In this document: piece after piece, positions 1 to 9,876 of the stretch | Position numbering within the stretch: the stretch's first letter is position 1 | Layout of the letters: each line of letters starts with the position of its first letter | NCBI GenBank assembly: GCA_050633245.1 | Contig: JBOEGD010000027.1 | Location: forward strand, 104,339-168,338 | Length of the DNA: 64,000 bases | Source of the DNA: Calditrichia bacterium | GTDB taxonomy: Bacteria; Calditrichota; Calditrichia; RBG-13-44-9; J075 | Direction of reading: 5' to 3' | The notes under the pieces: model-generated | Seen by the model: only the letters and a program-made list of their open reading frames with translations | The model's database searches: none | Told to the model about the DNA's origin: nothing | Program-made: the position numbers and the translations under genes

Positions 1-205
1 GGGGCACATCTTCCTGGGTAAATGGCTGTAGCTCAATCATTAAAACTCCGGATTGCGATGGAAAAAAAGATAGACATTTTGAATCTGGAAAACAAACCAC
101 TCCAGACTTGAAATCTGCTCGTTTATAGCTTAAATTAAAGATTGAAAAAAACGAATTACTTTACATACACCTCAGAAGCATGACATAAGAACAAGGAGTT
201 TGGAC

Positions 206-2086
206 ATGGCTGAGACAAAGGCAAAAAAGAAAAAAAGCAGTGCAAAGCAGTTTGAATATCAAGCCGAGATGAAGCAGCTTTTACAGCTCATCGTACATTC
301 GCTGTATACCAATCAGGAAATCTTCCTCCGCGAAGTGATCTCAAACGCTTCAGACGCGCTGAATAAGGCGCGTTTCCGCTTACTGACCGAAAAAGACAAC
401 ACGCTTGATGCCGATGCAGAACTAGGCATTCAAATTTCGCTCGACAAAGAGAACAACACGCTTTCGATTGAAGATAATGGCATTGGTATGACCGAAGAAG
501 AGCTTTCCAGCCGTCTCGGTACTATCGCCAGTTCCGGAACACTCGAATTCATCAAGGAAATGCAAAAGGCGGAGAAGAAAGCCGATTCCAGCATGATTGG
601 CCAGTTTGGCGTCGGGTTTTACTCGGTATTTATGGTTGCCAGTGAGGTAACGGTCGATACACGCCATGCGGCAAACGATTCCAAAGCACTGCGCTGGATT
701 TCTTCAGGCGAAGGCACGTATACCATTGATGAAAGTGACCGTGAGTTACGCGGAACGAAAATCACGCTGAAGTTAAAGGAAGAAGCGAAAGAATACGCTG
801 AAGACTATCGTATCAAACACATCGTAAACACCTATTCCAACTTTGTTGATTTTCCCATTAAAGTAAATGATGAAGCAGTGAACACGGTGCAGGCGCTTTG
901 GCATAAGCAAAAAAGTGATATCACCGATGAAGAATTAAACGAATTCTATAAGTTTATCAGCAACGACTTTGTAGACCCGATGGGTCATCTGCAGCTCAGC
1001 ATAGAAGGGGTTGTCAATTTCAAGGCACTGCTCTTCTTCCCTGCCAAGCGTCCGCCGCAGTTCTTCCGTTCGGAAGAAGAACGCTCACTGCATCTGTATT
1101 CCAACAAAGTATTTATCCAAAACGATTGTAAAGATCTGCTTCCGGAGTATCTGAGCTTTTTGAAGGGCGTTGTGGATACTGAAGATCTTCCGCTAAACGT
1201 ATCACGTGAAGTAACGCAAAACAGTCCGGTAATGACCAAGATCAGCAACATTCTCGTCGGCAAAATTCTCGGATTTCTCGAAGACTGGGCCAAGAAAGAA
1301 CCCGCCAAGTACGCAGAGTTCACCAAGGAGTTCGGACAGGTTATTAAACTTGGTCATCAGAGTGACTTTGCCAATAAAGATCGCATCACGAATCTAATGC
1401 GCTTCGAAACGACGATTACCGAAGATGACAAGTTCACCTCGCTCGAGAATTATGTTAGTCGCATGGGCGAAGATCAAAAGGAAATTTATTACATCTCCGG
1501 CGAAAACCGCAGTGCCTTACTGCGCAATCCGAATCTCGAATATTTTCGCAAGAACGAGCTCGAGGTGTTACTGCTAACCGATCCGGTAGACGTTTTTGTT
1601 GTTCCGGGAATGAACGAATACGACGGCAAGCCGATCAAGTCTATTGAAAAGGCAGATCTCGATTTAGACGAAGATGATAAGTCTGGCGAAGAAAAGCTGG
1701 CAGAGAATCTTTCAAGCTCGTTGATTGATGTCTTTAAAGAAACGCTGGGCGATAAAGTTGAAGACGTTATCGAATCGCAGCGTTTGGTAGATTCTCCAGC
1801 TACGTTGGTATCCGGCAAGGATGCACTCGATCCGCAGATGGAGCGCATGATGAAGATGATGCAGCAGGAATTTGCCGGTTCGAAGAAGATTATGGAGATC
1901 AATACCAGACACCCGCTAATCAAGAATCTGTCTCGTTTGAATATGGGCAGCAGCACCGACCCAATGTTACGCAACTGTATTCTTCAGCTCTTTGAGTCCG
2001 CTATGCTGATTGACGGCGAATTAAAAGACACATCAGACTTCGTGCAACGCCTTACAGATTTTATGGAGGCGGCAACCAAGGGTTAA
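206..2086 (+). CDS. htpG: Molecular chaperone HtpG (Hsp90)
   Basis: Motifs IFLREVISNASDA, DNGIGMT, IGQFGVGFYS and DLPLNVSRE. The AGGAG RBS at 194-198 favours ATG 206 over TTG 200. Confidence 0.97.
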   Translation: MAETKAKKKKSSAKQFEYQAEMKQLLQLIVHSLYTNQEIFLREVISNASDALNKARFRLLTEKDNTLDADAELGIQISLDKENNTLSIEDNGIGMTEEELSSRLGTIASSGTLEFIKEMQKAEKKADSSMIGQFGVGFYSVFMVASEVTVDTRHAANDSKALRWISSGEGTYTIDESDRELRGTKITLKLKEEAKEYAEDYRIKHIVNTYSNFVDFPIKVNDEAVNTVQALWHKQKSDITDEELNEFYKFISNDFVDPMGHLQLSIEGVVNFKALLFFPAKRPPQFFRSEEERSLHLYSNKVFIQNDCKDLLPEYLSFLKGVVDTEDLPLNVSREVTQNSPVMTKISNILVGKILGFLEDWAKKEPAKYAEFTKEFGQVIKLGHQSDFANKDRITNLMRFETTITEDDKFTSLENYVSRMGEDQKEIYYISGENRSALLRNPNLEYFRKNELEVLLLTDPVDVFVVPGMNEYDGKPIKSIEKADLDLDEDDKSGEEKLAENLSSSLIDVFKETLGDKVEDVIESQRLVDSPATLVSGKDALDPQMERMMKMMQQEFAGSKKIMEINTRHPLIKNLSRLNMGSSTDPMLRNCILQLFESAMLIDGELKDTSDFVQRLTDFMEAATKG

Positions 2087-2088
2087 TA

Positions 2089-2889
2089 TTGCCGAATCAG
2101 ATGATAAAATCAATTCCCTTTCGCGATCCGGATGGCAGAAAACGCCGTCTGGATCCGCTTTTTGAGAACGACCAGCTTCTGGCTGTCAATAAAGACTCCG
2201 GTCTGCCGGTGCTTCCGGATCGCTGGGATCCCGACATTCCGAATGTTCGTGGCCTGCTCGAACGTGAATACCGGAAGATTGATCCACAGAATGAACATCC
2301 GGTTTGGATCGTTCACCGCATCGATGCTGCTACCAGCGGTATACTGTTGGTAGCTAAAACCGCAAATATGCATCGGGAATTGAACATCATGTTCAGCGAA
2401 ACAAAGATTGAAAAGACTTATCTGTGCGTCGTTCAGGGAGCTCCACCGGCAGAATCCGGTGTGGTCGATCTGCCGCTTGAGAAAACGTCACGCGCGAAAC
2501 GCCCGGTGCGCATCGGTCATCAGGGAAAACCTGCCGAAACAGGTTGGAAGATTATCGAACGCTTTAAGCGCTATACTCTGGTTGAAGCTCGTCCGAAAAC
2601 AGGTCGCATGCATCAAATTCGCGTGCACATGCAGAGCCTTGGTTGTCCTCTGGCACTCGATCCACTCTACGGCAATTCCAATCCATTGACAATTGAGCAG
2701 TTTAAGCACAATGCCCGACGAACAGCTGACGAAAATGCAGGAGGCGCACTTACCAATCGCCTGACGCTGCATGCTGCACAGTTAAAGTTTACCGACCCGC
2801 TCGATGGCAGCGAGCGTCATTTTGAAGCTCCCTTATCAAAAGACCTAACAGCCCTGTTGAAGACACTGCGAAAATGGGATAAACCTTGA
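2089..2889 (+). CDS. RluA/RluC/RluD-family RNA pseudouridine synthase
   Basis: Motifs AVNKDSGL, catalytic VHRIDAATSG, TGRMHQIRVHM and LHAAQL. Confidence 0.93.
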   Translation: MPNQMIKSIPFRDPDGRKRRLDPLFENDQLLAVNKDSGLPVLPDRWDPDIPNVRGLLEREYRKIDPQNEHPVWIVHRIDAATSGILLVAKTANMHRELNIMFSETKIEKTYLCVVQGAPPAESGVVDLPLEKTSRAKRPVRIGHQGKPAETGWKIIERFKRYTLVEARPKTGRMHQIRVHMQSLGCPLALDPLYGNSNPLTIEQFKHNARRTADENAGGALTNRLTLHAAQLKFTDPLDGSERHFEAPLSKDLTALLKTLRKWDKP

Positions 2890-3314
2890 TTTCTGCTATA
2901 TTTGGAAACATTTTTCCCACTAGCTAGGAAAAACGAAACGATAAATGATGAACAGCCGACTCTTTGAAATCAACGTAACTCGTTTAAAAACAGTATTCAA
3001 GAAACAAAAACACCCTAATTGGTATCTTTTTTGTTTTAAAATGAACAATAGTTGTCGATAAGAATACAATAAACAGCACGGGTTGAAATAGCTTTCGAAC
3101 ATTTGTTCCAGCGATCCTCTCTAATCGAAAGCAGCCGCGCAGCAGAATATAGATTCAGGATAATCACAGTCTCTCGTAGACGCGACCTAAAAAACCGCGA
3201 CTCAATATACCTTTTTTACATTTTTAGCATTAATTAAACGCTCAGTGATAGATCTGCTATCAGCTGAAATCGCTGCATATAATACCATTGATATAGATGT
3301 GAGGATCGTATTCA

Positions 3315-6176
3315 ATGACACGAAATGATACACGCTATCCACTACTACTCTGCATTTTTCTAACCGTTCTTATGGCCGCCCCCCCTGTAGCTTCACAGTG
3401 GTTTTATTTCGGCAGGAACAAAGTTCAATACACCGACTTCGATTGGAAAGTGCTGAAGACCAAGCACTTCGACATCTATTATTATGATGAGACCGAAGAG
3501 CTCGCTGAACGCGGTGCAAAGTATGCTGAGGAAAGCTATACTTATCTTGAAAATAAATTCAACTTTGCCGTTACCAGACGCATTCCGCTAATCTTCTATA
3601 GTTCCCACCTACATTTTCAGCAGACGAATATCACCCCCGGACATATCCCGGAAGGGGTTGGAGGATTTTTCGAATTCCTGAAAGGTCGAGTCGTTATTCC
3701 CAGCACCGGCAGCACGAATGCCTTTAAAAAAGTGATTCAGCACGAGCTGGTTCACGTGTTTATGCACTCCAAGGTATATTTCGTAAATAAAGAGCATGGC
3801 CGCTTCGATGGAACCTATCCCCCACTCTGGTTTGTGGAGGGCTTGGCTGAATACTGGTCCAGCACCTGGGATGCGCAGGCAGAAATGATTATCAAAGATG
3901 CGGTGTTACACAATTACCTGGCCCCGCTCTCGCAGATCTGGCGCATTAACGGCACCTTCTCGATGTATAAGGAAGGCCAGGCAATTCTGGAGTATATTGG
4001 TGAACACTACGGTGAAGATAAAATCCTGCTACTGATGGAAAATGTCTGGAAGTACGGAAAATTCTCAGACGTCTGGCACGAGGTGATTGGTAAAAGCTAT
4101 GAAGAATTTGATCAGGAATGGGTCTACCACTTAAAGAAAAAATACTATCCGCTTCTCGCAGATCACGATTTTTCGCGAATCACCTCTGAAACAGTGGTCA
4201 AAAACGGCTACAATTTTAAGCCGGCCTATTACAAAAACTCTGAAGGTGATGACAAGCTGCTCTTCATCGGTAATCGCACCGGTTATACCAACATTTTTAT
4301 GACCGATCTCGATCCGAAAAAGAACAAGAATAAAAAGGGCAAAGAAAAGCTGAAGCAGCTGGTAAAAAGCGGCACCAGCTCAGATTTCGAAGCGTTTCAT
4401 ATTTTCTCGAGTAAGATCGATGTATCAAAAGACGGTCGATTGGCCTTCTCTTCGAAAGCCGGCGAAAAAGACGCACTCTATTTATACAATGTTGAAGATG
4501 AAGAAGTGACGCATAAGCTGGAGTGGAATGATATTGTTGGCATTTCGTCCCCGGCTTTTTCAACGGACAATAAGAGGATTGTTTTCAGCGGGCTGCGATT
4601 TAACGGTAACAAAGATCTGTTTGTTTACGACCTTACCAGTGAAGAGCTAATGCAGCTTACCAACGACTTCTATGATGACAGTGCTCCTTCTTTCTCACCG
4701 GACGGCCGTTATATCACTTTCTCCTCCGATAGGACAACATACGGTGATCAGTGGAGCTACAATGTATTTGTCTACGATTTGGAGACGGGTTTAACCTACT
4801 ACGTTACCTCCAGCCGCAATCAGGACAATACCCCTGTATGGTCACCAGACGGCGGACATATTGCTTTTACATCAGATCGCGATTCTGCACTCAACATTTG
4901 GGTCGCAGACGTATCCGATATATCAGAATGGTCGGCGGAGAGCTATTTAAATATTCCGCTAAAACAGATATCCAAATTTGCCAATGCCGCCTTCGACCCG
5001 GAGTGGGTGAGCGACGATCAACTCTGCTTTGCCGTATATGAGCAAAACCGCTTCGAAATACGCAGCATGAAGAACGTTTCCAAGAAGATTGAAGAACCTT
5101 CTGCCGTTGTTGAGAATAAACCAATGCTTGCTCATTCTCACTGGCAGCCCGGGAAAGTTCCCGGAAACAAAGTTATTTCAAAGCTGAAATACAATAAACG
5201 CTACAATCTGGATGTCGCCCAGACCCAGGTGGACCAAAATCCATTCTGGGGCACCAGTGGTGGTGCTGTTTTCGCCTTTACAGACCTGCTTGGCAACGAT
5301 CAGTATTATTTTCTGCTCTACAACAATGCACAGAGTAGATCAGACTTTCTTAAAAGCACCAATGTCGCAATCTCGAAGGTGTCGCTCGGTAAACGCACCA
5401 ACTATGCCTATGGATTATTTCGCTACGCCGGATTGCGTTTCAACTTTAAGGATGACTTTTTCTTTGAGGATCAGGTTGGTGGCTTCTTTACCATTAGCTA
5501 CCCGTTCTCACATTATCACCGAATGGAGTTCAGCTCTAATCTGGCCTACTCCGACAAGGAGTCGGTAGTTGTCGATCGGCGCTTTGCCTGGCTTAGCTCG
5601 AATTTTGTTTCGCTTATTCACGATAATTCTATCTGGTCTTATACCGGGCCAATCGAAGGAAGTCGCTACAACTTGTCTATCGGTAACACCTATGATGTTA
5701 AAAACTCTAACGTCAATTACTGGACCTTCCTGGCAGATTATCGTCGCTACGACCGACTAACAAGTAAAATAACCTATGCCTCGCGCTATCTTGCGTTACT
5801 GAATGACGGTCGCGAGACGCGCTGGTATTATCTCGGTGGAAGCTGGGATATGCGCGGCTATCGGCGTTTTTCAATTCGTGGCGAAAAGATCGTTTTTACC
5901 TCGCATGAGATTCGCTTTCCTTTCATTGATTATCTCGGTGTAAAGTTTCCCTTTATCTCAATGGTCTTTCCGGGAATTCGCGGTGCCTTATTTCTCGATG
6001 CCGGTAATGCCTGGAACGGCAATGATTATGACGGCTTAGTCGGTAGCTTTGGCTTTGGCGCGCGGGTTAACCTCGGTGGTTTTCTGGTACTTCGTTACGA
6101 TGTCGGTCGTAAAACTGACTTTAATTCCATCAACAACAACTGGTTCACTCAATTCTTTTTCGGATGGGATTTCTAA
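3315..6176 (+). CDS. Omp85/BamA-TamA-family outer-membrane protein with N-terminal zincin (peptidase MA-like) domain and PD40/TolB-like propeller
   Basis: Signal peptide; HELVH...WFVEGLAEY zincin motif; PSFSPDG and PVWSPDG repeats; Omp85 signatures LGGSWDMRGY and GALFLDAGNAW; C-terminal Phe. Confidence 0.85.
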   Translation: MTRNDTRYPLLLCIFLTVLMAAPPVASQWFYFGRNKVQYTDFDWKVLKTKHFDIYYYDETEELAERGAKYAEESYTYLENKFNFAVTRRIPLIFYSSHLHFQQTNITPGHIPEGVGGFFEFLKGRVVIPSTGSTNAFKKVIQHELVHVFMHSKVYFVNKEHGRFDGTYPPLWFVEGLAEYWSSTWDAQAEMIIKDAVLHNYLAPLSQIWRINGTFSMYKEGQAILEYIGEHYGEDKILLLMENVWKYGKFSDVWHEVIGKSYEEFDQEWVYHLKKKYYPLLADHDFSRITSETVVKNGYNFKPAYYKNSEGDDKLLFIGNRTGYTNIFMTDLDPKKNKNKKGKEKLKQLVKSGTSSDFEAFHIFSSKIDVSKDGRLAFSSKAGEKDALYLYNVEDEEVTHKLEWNDIVGISSPAFSTDNKRIVFSGLRFNGNKDLFVYDLTSEELMQLTNDFYDDSAPSFSPDGRYITFSSDRTTYGDQWSYNVFVYDLETGLTYYVTSSRNQDNTPVWSPDGGHIAFTSDRDSALNIWVADVSDISEWSAESYLNIPLKQISKFANAAFDPEWVSDDQLCFAVYEQNRFEIRSMKNVSKKIEEPSAVVENKPMLAHSHWQPGKVPGNKVISKLKYNKRYNLDVAQTQVDQNPFWGTSGGAVFAFTDLLGNDQYYFLLYNNAQSRSDFLKSTNVAISKVSLGKRTNYAYGLFRYAGLRFNFKDDFFFEDQVGGFFTISYPFSHYHRMEFSSNLAYSDKESVVVDRRFAWLSSNFVSLIHDNSIWSYTGPIEGSRYNLSIGNTYDVKNSNVNYWTFLADYRRYDRLTSKITYASRYLALLNDGRETRWYYLGGSWDMRGYRRFSIRGEKIVFTSHEIRFPFIDYLGVKFPFISMVFPGIRGALFLDAGNAWNGNDYDGLVGSFGFGARVNLGGFLVLRYDVGRKTDFNSINNNWFTQFFFGWDF

Positions 6177-7384
6177 TGAAAAATAAAATAAGCAGTTTCA
6201 TCAACTATCGCAGTCGTTTCCGGAGCAACCTCATTTTGCTATCCAGCTTGCTGATTGTGCTGGCTGGCTGCGCCGGTCTGGTAAAGCTGGATCTTCCATC
6301 GGAGTCAGAACGTGACGCTGATGAGAGCTGGACCATGCTCGGCAAAAACGATCAGCGGCAACACTTCTCCACAAAAAACGTTGTGCCTCCACTAGACATC
6401 GTGTGGAAAAAGAGAGTGAAATCTGTTGTTGTCGATCATCCCCTGGCGATAGGCGACTACATTATTGCACCAACCAAAGCCGGTGAACTTTATCTGGTGG
6501 ATTATCTGACCGGGAGTGGTATTGGTACCGGTAAGATTGGTGTGGCAATGGATAATGCGCCGATGATCTCAGGAAACAGCCTGCTGGTCGCAATGAAAGC
6601 CGGTAAGGAAAAGCTGTTAAAACTCGATCTGCGCTATGCAGAGAAAGAGTATAATCAGCCCTATCCTGCAATTAATACGTCGCCGCTGGTTTGGGAAGAC
6701 AAAATTTATTTCGGCAGCGACCGGAAACGATTCTTTTGTGCAGAGTTTCAAAGCGGCGAACAAATTTGGGAATATGAAACAGAAGGAGCGGTTCATAGTT
6801 CGCCGGCTCGATCTGGCAATACGATAATCCTGGCGGATGTTAACGGCAACCTATATGCGCTGGATGCTGAAGAAGGCACAGAAGTCTGGAAGACTCAGCT
6901 AACCGGAACTATTTATTCTCATCCGGTTCTCGATGACGAGCATATATTTATCGGCACGGTTTCGGGCAACTTTTACGCGGTATCTGTAGAAACCGGAGAA
7001 ACTGTTTGGGAAAAGAGTTTCCCCGGATCCGTTTACAGCAGCCCGTCAATTTATGGAAATGAGCTCTATATAGGACACAATGCCCACGAGCTGCTTTGCA
7101 TTTACAAAACTACCGGGGAAATCGTTTGGCGCTACCAAACAGAGGGCATCATCAACACAGTGCCTCTCCCCTCGCCAGACTACGTCTATGTTACATCCTG
7201 GGATAAAAATCTACACGTGGTGAATCGCCTTAGCGGACAGCTCGTTTTTAAATATGAGCTTAAAAAGCCGGTAAAGAGTTCTCCTATAATTTATCGTGAC
7301 TACCTGCTGCTGCATCTTGCCAACGACCAGCTTATTGCCTTGGCAAATGAAAAGATCGTGACAGAACGGAGACCAAAACTATGA
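6176..7384 (+). CDS. BamB-like PQQ-type beta-propeller lipoprotein
   Basis: LAGC lipobox; repeated SSP...LYALDA..G...W propeller blades; ATG 6176 overlaps the upstream TAA (TAATG). Confidence 0.85.
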   Translation: MKNKISSFINYRSRFRSNLILLSSLLIVLAGCAGLVKLDLPSESERDADESWTMLGKNDQRQHFSTKNVVPPLDIVWKKRVKSVVVDHPLAIGDYIIAPTKAGELYLVDYLTGSGIGTGKIGVAMDNAPMISGNSLLVAMKAGKEKLLKLDLRYAEKEYNQPYPAINTSPLVWEDKIYFGSDRKRFFCAEFQSGEQIWEYETEGAVHSSPARSGNTIILADVNGNLYALDAEEGTEVWKTQLTGTIYSHPVLDDEHIFIGTVSGNFYAVSVETGETVWEKSFPGSVYSSPSIYGNELYIGHNAHELLCIYKTTGEIVWRYQTEGIINTVPLPSPDYVYVTSWDKNLHVVNRLSGQLVFKYELKKPVKSSPIIYRDYLLLHLANDQLIALANEKIVTERRPKL

Positions 7385-8154
7385 GACATATACTATTCTT
7401 TTTGCTAATCGCCCTTCTTATTCTCCCGCTTTCGGCTCAGGACAACACAGACGGCTTCCTAACGGTTGATAGTAACCCGGACGGATGCTGGGTGAGAGTC
7501 GATTCTTTACTGGTTGGCAAAACACCCCTCCAGCGTTATGCCATTCCTGCTGGCGCCCATCGCATTCAAATCTACCCGCCTCAGACGGGCATTTGGAATC
7601 TACAGGAGCGTAATTTCGATATTGAGATTTCTGCAGGAGCCGTAGAAGAAATTCGGGCCAGTTTCAGTCGACCCGTGTTAATAAATAGCCTTCCGTATGG
7701 CGCTCAGGTCTATCAGGATACCACCAAACTGGGTATAACACCTTTATCCCTCTCTTTTGAGCAATATGCCGGTAAATCGCTTCAAGTATCGAAATCCGGT
7801 TACGCACCTCACAAATTTGTATTGAACGAGCCCATTGCAATTCTGGCACGACTCGAAAAGAACGACAGCTTTGTGGAAGAGGCCAAAAAGCCACAGCTTC
7901 TGGGTGTGATTCCCAAACGCCACGTTAAGAGTAAATTTTCACTACTGGCGCTTTCTGTAGCATCGCACTGGGCTGCCTTTCATTTCAAGAATGTTGCAGA
8001 TAGTAACTTCGATAAATATCAGCTTTCCGGAGACCCTGCTTCCAGAGACAGGCTTTTCGACAATACCCAGCGCTACGACCGCTTTTCCGAGATTAGTCTT
8101 GGCGTTTCCTACGCAAGTCTTGCCGGCCTCATCTATATGGTGATCTGGAAGTAA
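7381..8154 (+). CDS. PEGA-domain protein with C-terminal hydrophobic segments
   Basis: Signal peptide; two PEGA-like units (VDSNPDG..VRVD...GKTP and INSLPYGAQV....LGITP); ATGA overlap with the previous gene. Confidence 0.8.
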   Translation: MRHILFFLLIALLILPLSAQDNTDGFLTVDSNPDGCWVRVDSLLVGKTPLQRYAIPAGAHRIQIYPPQTGIWNLQERNFDIEISAGAVEEIRASFSRPVLINSLPYGAQVYQDTTKLGITPLSLSFEQYAGKSLQVSKSGYAPHKFVLNEPIAILARLEKNDSFVEEAKKPQLLGVIPKRHVKSKFSLLALSVASHWAAFHFKNVADSNFDKYQLSGDPASRDRLFDNTQRYDRFSEISLGVSYASLAGLIYMVIWK

Positions 8155-8205
8155 TAAATCGTTTTTTTATTATTGCCATTATCACATTTTCCCTCTAAAT
8201 TCGAT

Positions 8206-8243
8206 TCTTATCTGAATATAAATATATCCGTATTCAGATAAGA
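8206..8243. promoter_or_regulatory. 13-bp perfect inverted repeat upstream of the dehydrogenase gene
   Basis: TCTTATCTGAATA (8206-8218), a 12-nt spacer, then TATTCAGATAAGA (8231-8243). Confidence 0.5.
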
Positions 8244-8428
8244 GGGAATGATTTCATACGACGATATAAGAACATCCTCGTGCTTTCTAAAGAAAGCGGA
8301 TGTATTGTTGTCTGGCCAAACCGTTTCCGTCTTGATTTCCTAATCATCGAACGTAACTATACGCATAGTGACGCTTTTACATTTCATCTTAATTCCAGTT
8401 GGGCCCCCATGGCCCCGGAGGATAAACT

Positions 8429-9703
8429 ATGGGATATCTGAAGCAACGCAATCCTTTCGAAAATGCCCTCAAGCAGTTCGACAAAGCCGCGGACGCGCTA
8501 GAACTCAACACCAACCAAATTGTTATGATCAAAGAACCACGCCGTGTTACCGAAGTAAACCTTCCGGTAAACATGGATGATGGAAAGATTCAGCTTTTTA
8601 AAGGTTTTCGCGTTCAGCACAGTATTATTCGCGGACCGGCAAAAGGTGGCATTCGCTACCATCCCGGAGTTTCTGTAGATGAGGTGAAAGCACTCGCCTT
8701 CTGGATGACGTATAAGTGCGCAGTCGTAAACGTACCGTTTGGCGGCGGAAAAGGGGGCATCATCGTCGATCCTTCGCAGCTTTCCGACGCTGAACTGGAA
8801 AGACTTACACGACGCTATTTTTCGGAGCTGGAAGATTTATTTGGCCCCGACAAAGATGTTCCAGCACCCGATATCAATACTAACCCACAGGTTATGGGCT
8901 GGATGTTTGATACGTTTGCCATGCACCAAAAGCAACATATTACCGGCGTAATCACCGGAAAGCCGGTTGAAATCGGCGGATCGGCAGGACGTGCCGAAGC
9001 AACAGCGTTAGGGATGTTCTATTGTGTTCGTGAGGCTTGTGAAAAACTCAATATGCGCATGAGCGGAGCAAAGGTTGCGATCCAGGGTTTTGGAAATGCC
9101 GGCTCGCATGCTGCACGCTTTCTATATGAAAACGGCGCGAAAATAATCGCGATTTCCGACGCAAGTGGGGCTTATTATAATCCCAAGGGCATCAATATCG
9201 AGGCAGCTCTGCAAACCTGCGCAAAAAACAAGCGCTGGACGCTCGACGGACTTGACCACAATACGCGTGTCGAAAAAATGGATGATCCTATGAAATTGCT
9301 CGAATTAGATGTTGAGATCCTGATTCCGGCGGCACTGGAAAATCAAATTACCGAAGACAATGCAGAGAATATTAAAGCTCGACTTATCGCCGAATGTGCC
9401 AACGGTCCTATTACCGTCGAAGCCGATGCAATTCTGGATGAAAAAGGCTGTGTGCGTATTCCCGATATTCTTTGCAATGCCGGTGGAGTTACTGTCTCCT
9501 ATCTTGAATGGGTGCAGAACCGAATGGGCTACTACTGGACTGCAGACCGCGTTCGCGAAGATTTGGAACGCTTTATGGTTACCGCCTTTAATGAAGTCTG
9601 GACAACGCGTGAACAGTATGGAGTAAATAACCGTATTGCGGCCTTTATTTTGGCCATCGAACGCGTAACAAGAGCCGCCGAAGTACGCGGACTTTATGGT
9701 TAG
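8429..9703 (+). CDS. gdhA: Glu/Leu/Phe/Val dehydrogenase (probably glutamate dehydrogenase)
   Basis: Motifs GPAKGGIRYHP, GGGKGG, DVPAPD, QGFGNAG and NAGGVTVSYLEW; GGAGG RBS. Confidence 0.92.
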   Translation: MGYLKQRNPFENALKQFDKAADALELNTNQIVMIKEPRRVTEVNLPVNMDDGKIQLFKGFRVQHSIIRGPAKGGIRYHPGVSVDEVKALAFWMTYKCAVVNVPFGGGKGGIIVDPSQLSDAELERLTRRYFSELEDLFGPDKDVPAPDINTNPQVMGWMFDTFAMHQKQHITGVITGKPVEIGGSAGRAEATALGMFYCVREACEKLNMRMSGAKVAIQGFGNAGSHAARFLYENGAKIIAISDASGAYYNPKGINIEAALQTCAKNKRWTLDGLDHNTRVEKMDDPMKLLELDVEILIPAALENQITEDNAENIKARLIAECANGPITVEADAILDEKGCVRIPDILCNAGGVTVSYLEWVQNRMGYYWTADRVREDLERFMVTAFNEVWTTREQYGVNNRIAAFILAIERVTRAAEVRGLYG

Positions 9704-9762
9704 TATTCCTCGGGTAACGGCGCTTAAAGTTGTTACCTGTTTTTACCCCCAATTTAACTCTT

Positions 9763-9810
9763 GATTTACTGCATATGTTGGCTAATTCAGTCAGCATATG
9801 CAGGTAAATC
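9763..9810 (+). other. Long intergenic RNA hairpin between the two dehydrogenase genes
   Basis: GATTTAC-TGCATATGTTGGCT, loop AATTC, then AGTCAGCATATGCA-G-GTAAATC. The two non-Watson-Crick pairs are G.U wobbles on the + strand. Confidence 0.6.
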
Positions 9811-9876
9811 CTGCTTTCACCTTTGAGAAAATAATTGCCTTAAGTATATTGGGATCAGTCTTAAAAAGGATCTGAT

